In this document: one piece after another, positions 58,501-64,000 of the stretch | How positions within the stretch are numbered: position 1 is the first letter of the stretch | Layout: each line of letters begins with the position of its first letter | IMG/VR virus record: IMGVR_UViG_3300045996_000435 | DNA: 64,000 nt | Origin: an uncultured virus (IMG/VR IMGVR_UViG_3300045996_000435) | Taxonomy: Duplodnaviria > Heunggongvirae > Uroviricota > Caudoviricetes | Reading direction: 5' to 3' (one strand) | The notes under the pieces: generated by a model | Told to the model about the DNA's origin: nothing | Database searches by the model: none | Seen by the model: only the letters and a program-made list of their open reading frames with translations | Translations under genes and position numbers: made by a program

Positions 58501-61500
58501 TTAGAGTTCATATAACAGGTACTGATAAGTTTGGAATGTATCAATTAGGAGAAATGCCTAAATGGGTTTCTAAAGATTTGATTACTCCTTATAAAGTAGC
58601 TGGAGAAGTTATTACTCCTACTTTTAGTCAGTTACTTAGATCTTATATTGTTAATGCATTTATACTTAATGTAGAGCAAACAAAGATATTTAATGGAGAT
58701 GGGGCTTTCTATAAAGATTTTCACAAAAGGAATTCTAAAGATAGTGCCACTAAAACAACGATGACAACTGATTCATTCTTTTTGGATTGGTTAAACTATA
58801 GTCCTAATACTAACTTACAGAGTAAACTCCTTGGAGTTTATAATTCTGTTTCTAATGTAATTAATAGTGTTATCTTTAAAGATAATGAAGTACCTTCAGC
58901 TTATATAGATTCTTATAAAAATACAGTAAGGGCTTTGCTTGAAGAAGAATACCTTGATCCTGAAAAAATTGAGGAGACTATTAATCGTATAGAAAGTAAG
59001 TATGGTAAGAATAATGAAGGGGATGCTCAAGGGTGGATTACTCTTGACTTTTACAGAACGTTTAAATTGTCTCAAGGTAAATGGTCTACAAAGCATGAAA
59101 ATGCTTATCGTAAGATTATTATGTCTGAGTTTTATACTAAACAACTAGATACAGCGAGTTCTGAACAAGCTCGTAAAGATATACAATCAAAGATAGGAGA
59201 GAATAAACTTACTGGAGAAGAGATGGCCTATTTTGTGCCAGTTAAAGCTCAATATGCAGGTCCTCTTGTATATAAGGGTCTTTATGCTCCTGCCTTTCAT
59301 AAGTTCTCCCTTGTGCCTCTAATTCCCTCTCTGATAAGGGGTACAGCACTCGAGCATCTAAACGAAAAGATGATTCGTAGTAATGTTGGTTATGGTTTGT
59401 TCGAGTCAGGGTCTAAGGTAGCTAGTATCCAGAAAGAAGTTAATGGTAAAAATGTTCATGAAGATTTCTATTTAGATTATACTTCTAGAACACCTGTAGA
59501 TCGTAATAGTACTTTTGATACAGTAAATCCAGTTTATAGTCACTTCTTAGGGGAGCAAGTTAACATTGAACCAAAAACACACTCTGATGTAATCTTTGGA
59601 ACTCAATTTAGAAAGCTGTTATTTCAGAACCTATATAATCAGGGAGAACCTTTAGATGCTGAAGTTGGAAAACTTTATCATGAATTTTCTGATGTACTTG
59701 CTAAAATGATACAAGTAGAAAAGAAAAGATTGTTTAAAGATTTAGGAATTAAAGAAATTAAACGTGGTAATGAAACTTACTATGAAGCGGCTAACTATGA
59801 AAAACTAGTTGACACTTTAATTCGTGAGGTTAATCGTCGCGATTTAAATGATAACGTAAAGAGATACTTAGAATATGATAAGAGTACTGGCAAGTTCAAA
59901 TATCCTTTAGATGGATCTATGAACAGAAAAGAAATCGAAACTCTTTTAATGTCTCTTATTAATAATAGATTAGTACGTCAAAAAATGAAGGGAGACTTGA
60001 TGATTCAAGTTGCATCTTCAGGATTTGAGTCTACTATTAAGCCTGTTTTAGCTACTGAAGAAGAAAGGCTAGAATATGGTACAAATGGGTTGCGTACTTA
60101 TTATTTAAAAGGTGGTGAAGTAAGAGTATCTGAAGTCAAAGTTCCTTTAACAGAAGACTTTAAGAACTTACTTTATTTTAAACATACGGATGGTAATCAT
60201 ATTGGAACGTTAGAGCGTCTCAATGAAATGATGAGAAATGAGACTTGGAGAAAAGAGCACCGAAAATCCTTAAGGATGGTTGGTTATCGTATTCCTACCC
60301 AAGGTCTTAATTCTATAGAATCTATGGAAGTTAAAGAATTTTTGCCAGAAGAAGCTGGTAATATAATTATACTTCCTACGGAAATTGTAACTAAAGCTGG
60401 TTCCGACTTTGATATTGATAAACTTTCTATATTTAAACCTTCTATTGCAGTTAAGAAAAAATTAACTCTTAATGAGAAAGGTAAATGGATTGAGGAAGTA
60501 GATACTGCTTACTATGTACGTTACAGAAAAGAGTTTAGAGATTACTATGAAATGAAGGATAAAGTAGAAGCTAAGTATGAACCTTTAATACAATCATACA
60601 GAAATAAGTATGATCAGTATATGAAGGATTTAGAGTCTATTTATAGGGAATTTAAAAGAACTGCTGGCGTAGGTAATATAGAGAATTATGTATTAGAAGT
60701 ACAAACTCAAATTGAACTTATTAAAGATCAGCGTGATCTTCTTAAAATAGAGTTAGAATTAACTACTAGTTATGCTGAATGGAAGAAATTAAAATCTTCA
60801 GATAAGAAGTATGCAAATTCTTTAGTAAATCTTAACAGTGAATTATTACTTCTTACAAGTATGATTCATAATCAGAAAGCTTTACTTACTGAAGAGCAGA
60901 TTGCTAATCTTGAGAGTCTAAACTTAAATATGTCCAAATCTTTACAGGCAGATCTTAAATCTTTGCTTAGTAAAGACGGTAAATTATTTAAAGAAAGGCA
61001 AGCAGTTCAGAAGAAGTTTAGAGAATTAATTCTTCAGAAGAAAGAAGCTTTAAGGGAGGCTCTTGATTACAAGAATGGTTTGCAGAATAGGGTAATTGAG
61101 ATTGCTGATAAGATCATGACAGATGATAGAAACTTTATTCAGGTTATTACTCCTAATGATACATTCTTAATTAAACCTCTTATTACAGATAAAGGTGGTA
61201 TTAAAGATAGATTAGGGTTTAATAAAGTTAACTATACTGGTACTAATATCTATACTGAAGCGACTCAAGAAGAGAAGTTTCAGGCAGGTCTTGTAGGTAA
61301 GAAAGCTTTAGGTATTGCAGCTATAACTAATACTTATATGCAGCTTTTCCAAAAAGTTAAACTTCATATTAATAGAAATTATACTAATATATTTAAAGAT
61401 GAGCCTAGTAATCATACTGTCCATCATTATTTATTACCACAAGAATATGCTGGTATAATGAGAGATGCTAGTGGTAGGGTTGTTGGGTATGATCTTAGTC

Positions 61501-64000
61501 AGAAGTATGATGCTGAGGGTGAACTTAAATCAGAGTTTGCATCTCAAATGATTAATGCTTACGTTGACGTATTAAATGATGATTTCATTTTCTATGGTAA
61601 TGCTGGTTTGGATGTAGCTCCTGTATTGTTTTACTTAAAGAATGTTGGAGTTCCTACTAAGACCATTCTACATTTTATTAACCACCCTGTTATAAGAGCT
61701 TATATTGCTCAAACACAAGCGTCGAAGTCTATTGTTCTTGAGACAATTAATCACTTCGAAACTATGCATGATATTGGAGAAACTGAGCAAGGTGTAGTAA
61801 GTAAATTACTTGGTACTAAAGAAAGTGTATGGGCGATTGTAGGTACAGATGATTTATCAGAATACTTTAATGGGGAACTATTAAATCAACGAATAGATAA
61901 CAAGTTAAGCGAAATACCTTTAAGAGAGAAAGCAGCTATACTAGCTCATTATCTTGAACTAAAGCAACAAGCAGAAATGCTTAGAAAGTTACAAGCTTCT
62001 ACTAACTTTGATACTAATACTTTTCAGACTCCAATAGACGCTGATATTCAAGTGGATATGAAAGGAATGGTTAAGGCTACAAAAATGTTTAATAATGAAG
62101 CTCTTGACAGGATAACTGGTGAGACTGTTATTAAAGGGTTTAATGTATCGAAAGTAGTTAATGATATCTTCGAACAGCTTCTTCCTGTTACAGGGTCTAA
62201 GTTCTTTAGGAGTCAAGCTCTTCGCGCATTTAAAGCTATAAGTAAGATTAACTTTGAGATTGATCAGAATAAAGTAGTTAAAACATTTACAAATGATTTT
62301 CTGCTTTACTTACTTACTAAATATTCTACTGTACAGTTAGGAAACCAAGAACAAACTCTTTACAGTTATGTTATGCCTATGTTTGCCTACAATGGACATG
62401 GTGTAGATAATAGATTAGCTTCTAAATTAATTAAGTTTAAAGCTGATCCAGTAAATAGAGACTTAATTAATAAGTATCCTTTAATTCAAAATCTAAAGGC
62501 AGAGTATTTTGGTAACTTAGGAAACATTAAATTAACTCGTCAAGATAATTCCAGTGAAGCTCAAAATTCATTTATTGAGCAGTTTGAGGAATTAATCAGG
62601 CATCCTGACAGTAAAGTAAGAACTTTATTTAAGAATATAGCTTTGTTCTCTATCTTCCAAAGTGGAGTTACTAAGAGTCCTATATCTTTTACAGATATAA
62701 TTCCTAGTCACTTTTATACAACTTATATGTTAAAAGCTATAAGTAAGTATAATAAACTTAATGAAGGAGAAAAACAAGCTTTATTCCAAGAGTTCTTTGG
62801 CAGGTTTTATGTTAACAACTTAGGGCTTTATGGTGAAGTCGCAAGTGTACCTTCTTATAGGTTTAAGAACTATGGTCCAGATGTTATGGTAGTTACTCCT
62901 AAAGGGAATAGTACACAATTCTTTAATGATCAAGATTTTCTTCCACCTGTACAAGGACAATTATTTACAAATGATAATTCTAGTATAATTTATTCTAAGT
63001 TAGGAGATAAGACTGTATCAGGTAATGTTAAATTAGAATCTTGGTCGCAATTAAAAGATGCTAAAAAAGCATTTACAGATATTTATGGTTCTATCGTACA
63101 TATAATCTCTACCCGTATACACGGATCTAATGAGCATTTTGGTAATCCATTTTCTCATGATCCAGCAGGAAAGACTCAAGGACTAATTAAAACTAATACT
63201 ATTAAAGAAGCTGTACAAAATTATATTGACTGGTTAACAACTAATAAATTTGAGAGCGTCCAGCCAGGTAGAAGGCAATGGATTATAAATCAACTTAAAT
63301 CTGAAAACTTAAAAGATAAACCTATTCTTTACTTTAAAGAATTAGGGGAACCTTCTCATGCTACGGCCTTAGATTATTTAATTAATAAGTATGATTGGAA
63401 TAATAATTCTATTACTATTAATAAACAAGAGTTATACACTCAAGATAGATTAGATAAAGCACTAGGAACTCAAAATACTTTTATGTCTAACTTTCATCAA
63501 TTAGAAAATCCTATTATTGATGAATTTGGAAATCAATATTGGAATTCTGAAGGTTACTATATGGCTTTAAGAACTCAAGATCAATCTATTAAAAAAGAAA
63601 TAGCTCAATTTTCTAAACAAGGTGGTCAAGTAGCTAGAAATGCTAGATCTAAATATTCTCTCGATATGCATGAGAATAATAGATTAGAGTATATGAGGAA
63701 AGCTATTAAAGCTAAATTTGATAATAATCCTAGGTTAAGAGCTGAATTGTTAAGTACTGGTAATAAAGAGATAATTGAGAAAAATTATTGGAAAGATGAT
63801 TTGTTTGGTGTCAGAATAGATACAAGGCAAGGCGCTAATATTTTAGGTAAGCTTTTAATGGAGTATAGATCTACTATTCCTGGAGCCCAAAAAGATTTGT
63901 TTAAAGGAGATTCTTTTAAAATAGGTGGACAACAAAATGAAGTTGAAGTTAATTATAAACTTAAAATAGTTAGAGCTTTAAATCATCCAAAAACTAAAAG
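49524..64000 (+). CDS. Giant virion RNA polymerase polyprotein (>4800 aa, runs off window)
   Basis: ATG 49524; same frame for HELIH (52557), HEAWH (56055), GYRIPTQG, AGSDFDIDK (60396-60422) and the window end; no + strand stop-terminated ORF in the track. Confidence 0.9.
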   Translation, partial: MADGLMFNPDQLLNSLRQNFGAPSNNYNPEFNFKPSTTYGGFNSPTPILTDSSYYDLDRIAFQSNFTNGWNSFIQGINETQVSVTKYDYFTAKANIADIEGYSPSTGKLKELDYKLNSRQISLEDYNKQKAALDSELSSLYQSLRKLEEDMAGDHADMADNPVSKRYALKEQLVQSQGNDAALWDQLTYAMPRVSGSSASLAATALTANLGARLAKQVVGRAAAGLWGGHVGAAIGAISGLISFLAPMAYARHLESKAEVGGAVDNAYQELKFKKEEELGRPLSEADPNDKVVLNGLVKQAMEGSDRQYWKNMSLVASDWMQAAILPGVFGRFGTMLNTTNKLTRLGARAGTLAAMGKLEALEEGLQFGFEHEKQQASQGYKPNKNFLESLGGDYVDVLSSMDFGPIRGNGKYGDNKQFQFATDAGFLLGTLMAGPGTILQTAKDVYNYKKTNQKLRDASLLNTEENTLKLKDEVYQQFFEGTPQRSSNVYRMLGFGTEADDRVHYLIEGIKGLRGKKDEEGNLIMSDDEISKELSDIKKAYKIYHNIGKSIDKILIPYGKENVGAYKVAAHAFKQDLFHTTMGLIRTNERITDAYAAHEGQVALTETNPVIRPLASAMAKLEAAEDLLKTVQDTATDGKAKEQRIKDLNTYIKETQEEVTLNLDLAGVKQSDVAMLQQYKDNAAELVRQEMYRKDLERKQKDLSKVSLFKGKYKNPFTGAEHSGLIDWFTGRSITRQSDAEDALFELTLEGAKMYADGQKKSRTKSWADLSAEEKVNRRAQNADILKKAQFTDEEVTAMSEEEADAKADDILEDFSSKRMPFNEGDTLARLATMDAEEFDRMKGKPQFRSNLSKLFPNWENTTFDILKQAAEDRLKKKAEETKKTGKKKPITGNIDSFNGIVGRKKDSSDTRTYNEFLTLLNINNNESTQKEVLEFIIASDFASPQEKQLAKELLSLTKSSDKIIFTDLSTPGLYTRLGSGDLVDQVAIDLRFLSDDYDNTGLAIEAVVLHELIHKYTINSINDNPDLQQRVTELFTTAKEAAIAQGLTLPHYYGLTNEAELLAEGMVSPQFQEFLKRIKFDSKKTYWDKFLELVNQALAALGINTTKTALDELISIVSEAATFKGFDALKDKYQSQAKEIVKAAATVEDAINSVNPILDEISGLRQNTSITDVQYQMLYNAVMEEVGLRGNQLAAELAANYTVLIEGFTLTPNMYIVLQNGKYARIESVGKDKKGNPAVRYQYKDNGGATVKMTVTGGLKAAFRTYNEMKAYLENEGQEAEPDIILEEPVVMGLSHPDDIRGYWFKLGQSKNGTFFVENTKAGTDGKVFTFRVLGDAKEYIRSQVAGSEVSVTDRDIEAKKADIERRRQEELEENAYRIKVKKESRRSREDDGTIIKVVITTMQDGSKVAYTEIDGNRTAPTTYSKDLSNDKIYEASSPNAEEWIDKEAIEEAVPKSNVTEKINAKYDAELALLPNNTSVSEETKVILATIDSIDNESPELLNRLNELANEDDEYKMAGELFDPKTLESVQKVVQAALKDGKNNFVDIMKFAAKHISKDKLQNVYNKMRAGYAFVYAQLSEKGQLIEDPAFLVNLMNNKYTLDDILAMAAAPVTQQEKVVPYADLREENIANRDFRAGVLYKTAAQDFEVLDIDGNKIYSKDIKKEPVAARRRNFLSYLYKEVERSGKTPTDLGFFGLMTKDSLAYPHDAEDVAFLTTKPEAAGEIIVLVDKDLQPIKINDKGEPDANGEVLTMYFESPEKLRKRADKEGDLKSVCKLNNLITYSPQGDEVFDFNTAREMLTNAAENIEHLRAEVKDNKQVLVTFNQVTPGIRQTSKEGVTTTFLIGKNVKAHLMDTPIKKGGNIGYSSTAKNKKGRLGYAYVDYKGDFIELQRDILPDNIIELISYVINNRDTIDATTKEELKTFFRNIKKNSQLDINVYTGRVTLEGTVLTPDQFAVELKRAVLSFSSDVINQNFKEFYLENGELKSRVTPYNDFMFRYYKMFVKLDENGEPLFANAYLAYQPSNVMEIIKGEQNVEEIKKQEQEEVKAEEVITPLEVRVEGVNKTKEEILKEIAERKAKLQKKADNVDVRLRKDEGNITGLPRSIYLENDTDLTVSPEEQDWFKTTLAGVYSGKFASRHMKLVKELINSDSWGLFAESGTILVENAPEGTLYHEAWHEFTQLYLTLKEKKALYNEARKQGESDYQVEERLAEEFRAYALKPRKPKYSIFERILNFIKQTFFGKVSVDVLFDKLYKGEINKYNPSINNIQFKRLNAGIADSAGNELFSNKRTQTLIKTIDKLIYDYIHNVQGWSLYRVFNEEHVLFAAYTYAYKQFIDKDLEKQNQFEEAIVREEDPVKLEKIYAEMESHRDLYDRVINNFTTILEHHKKNSRTFVITEDEISGVYDEAGNIIFEEEGDDTNTEKASKVFDQKAGNEISSIDGANKETRALVRGLARRVDENNIYINEFGFPELVDFAQTWNNLALNLANTYEFDKILVKLDNLKNRYPEYIELLKILNDYRVHEKTGLDKILMLTKFRQDFSRSFVPVYELIYDANTLEYKVDETTKNNFKAIKKLFDDNFISRDENKYIKKDKDGNNYLSPLILEDFNPNGFSNKGTRIKFLDALGITFSAPAIKDSRFDDIVNSSRLTFIYNGIKQLLDANVKIMNPTEDLSNNSRYAKFGFFGETGNLNALIAIESKYNSLNPTASMQNAEGNTVYALQLRNAISTISDYLSDYVNYPTYQDLISEPHLAFLDFTKNPYVKNSIWLNNMFVLDEESIHFGKRKSVDGIWNPEKLDPVVIQIVNFNGLNVDAEGLDLGKTTTRLYVGDKMVQDFTTLLKASGGFKEMMRAGDKSSAFAVKFSSYSQALNNQSNLPIDTSAFKNNLFGGKDFLNIMSGYLFDELKRIQDYKYKKVGTDLKAFALGEINLFRDLLTSETKTSIVEALTGDADINTIINNHAAKLRTELAVYFIKQFNSRVDSFNDKGLRVHITGTDKFGMYQLGEMPKWVSKDLITPYKVAGEVITPTFSQLLRSYIVNAFILNVEQTKIFNGDGAFYKDFHKRNSKDSATKTTMTTDSFFLDWLNYSPNTNLQSKLLGVYNSVSNVINSVIFKDNEVPSAYIDSYKNTVRALLEEEYLDPEKIEETINRIESKYGKNNEGDAQGWITLDFYRTFKLSQGKWSTKHENAYRKIIMSEFYTKQLDTASSEQARKDIQSKIGENKLTGEEMAYFVPVKAQYAGPLVYKGLYAPAFHKFSLVPLIPSLIRGTALEHLNEKMIRSNVGYGLFESGSKVASIQKEVNGKNVHEDFYLDYTSRTPVDRNSTFDTVNPVYSHFLGEQVNIEPKTHSDVIFGTQFRKLLFQNLYNQGEPLDAEVGKLYHEFSDVLAKMIQVEKKRLFKDLGIKEIKRGNETYYEAANYEKLVDTLIREVNRRDLNDNVKRYLEYDKSTGKFKYPLDGSMNRKEIETLLMSLINNRLVRQKMKGDLMIQVASSGFESTIKPVLATEEERLEYGTNGLRTYYLKGGEVRVSEVKVPLTEDFKNLLYFKHTDGNHIGTLERLNEMMRNETWRKEHRKSLRMVGYRIPTQGLNSIESMEVKEFLPEEAGNIIILPTEIVTKAGSDFDIDKLSIFKPSIAVKKKLTLNEKGKWIEEVDTAYYVRYRKEFRDYYEMKDKVEAKYEPLIQSYRNKYDQYMKDLESIYREFKRTAGVGNIENYVLEVQTQIELIKDQRDLLKIELELTTSYAEWKKLKSSDKKYANSLVNLNSELLLLTSMIHNQKALLTEEQIANLESLNLNMSKSLQADLKSLLSKDGKLFKERQAVQKKFRELILQKKEALREALDYKNGLQNRVIEIADKIMTDDRNFIQVITPNDTFLIKPLITDKGGIKDRLGFNKVNYTGTNIYTEATQEEKFQAGLVGKKALGIAAITNTYMQLFQKVKLHINRNYTNIFKDEPSNHTVHHYLLPQEYAGIMRDASGRVVGYDLSQKYDAEGELKSEFASQMINAYVDVLNDDFIFYGNAGLDVAPVLFYLKNVGVPTKTILHFINHPVIRAYIAQTQASKSIVLETINHFETMHDIGETEQGVVSKLLGTKESVWAIVGTDDLSEYFNGELLNQRIDNKLSEIPLREKAAILAHYLELKQQAEMLRKLQASTNFDTNTFQTPIDADIQVDMKGMVKATKMFNNEALDRITGETVIKGFNVSKVVNDIFEQLLPVTGSKFFRSQALRAFKAISKINFEIDQNKVVKTFTNDFLLYLLTKYSTVQLGNQEQTLYSYVMPMFAYNGHGVDNRLASKLIKFKADPVNRDLINKYPLIQNLKAEYFGNLGNIKLTRQDNSSEAQNSFIEQFEELIRHPDSKVRTLFKNIALFSIFQSGVTKSPISFTDIIPSHFYTTYMLKAISKYNKLNEGEKQALFQEFFGRFYVNNLGLYGEVASVPSYRFKNYGPDVMVVTPKGNSTQFFNDQDFLPPVQGQLFTNDNSSIIYSKLGDKTVSGNVKLESWSQLKDAKKAFTDIYGSIVHIISTRIHGSNEHFGNPFSHDPAGKTQGLIKTNTIKEAVQNYIDWLTTNKFESVQPGRRQWIINQLKSENLKDKPILYFKELGEPSHATALDYLINKYDWNNNSITINKQELYTQDRLDKALGTQNTFMSNFHQLENPIIDEFGNQYWNSEGYYMALRTQDQSIKKEIAQFSKQGGQVARNARSKYSLDMHENNRLEYMRKAIKAKFDNNPRLRAELLSTGNKEIIEKNYWKDDLFGVRIDTRQGANILGKLLMEYRSTIPGAQKDLFKGDSFKIGGQQNEVEVNYKLKIVRALNHPKTK

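Noticed and set aside
50327..62216. Short minus-strand ORFs listed across 50-62 kb
   Set aside because: Antisense shadows of the giant + strand RNAP ORF
1..64000. Stop-codon reassignment, known in some crAss-like phages
   Set aside because: Long genes are intact in the standard code and coding density is high
1..64000. tRNA or rRNA genes
   Set aside because: No cloverleaf seen in the short intergenic gaps; tRNAscan-SE would confirm

Overview
AT-rich segment of a crAss-like (Crassvirales-type) podophage genome, probably infecting a Bacteroidota host (TTTG-N20-TAnnTTTG promoters, A-rich translation starts without Shine-Dalgarno). A divergent strand switch lies at ~500-700. Everything to its right is on the + strand, in this order: small accessory genes (zincin, DUF5664-HAD fusion, minimal nucleotidyltransferase, PD-(D/E)xK nuclease, PhoH, GroES); terminase, portal, scaffold and major capsid; ring, auxiliary capsid and hub proteins; a 2050-aa mosaic tail fibre; Cys-rich fibres; lysis genes; a DnaQ-like exonuclease; tail ring and muzzle proteins; ejection proteins, one with a C-terminal lysozyme. 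The last 14.5 kb (49524 to the window end) is a single ORF of >4800 aa that the ORF track misses. It is a virion RNA polymerase polyprotein with a hydrophobic N-terminus, two HExxH zincin domains, the GSDFDIDK active site, and C-terminal DUF4326-like and NADAR domains. Non-coding highlights are a palindromic AACTTT-N-AAAGTT element before several promoters, a variant TATATTAT promoter class, a recurrent AAACCAA start motif, and an attenuator-like non-coding unit at ~35860-35992. All family assignments come from motifs recognised by eye; no searches were run.
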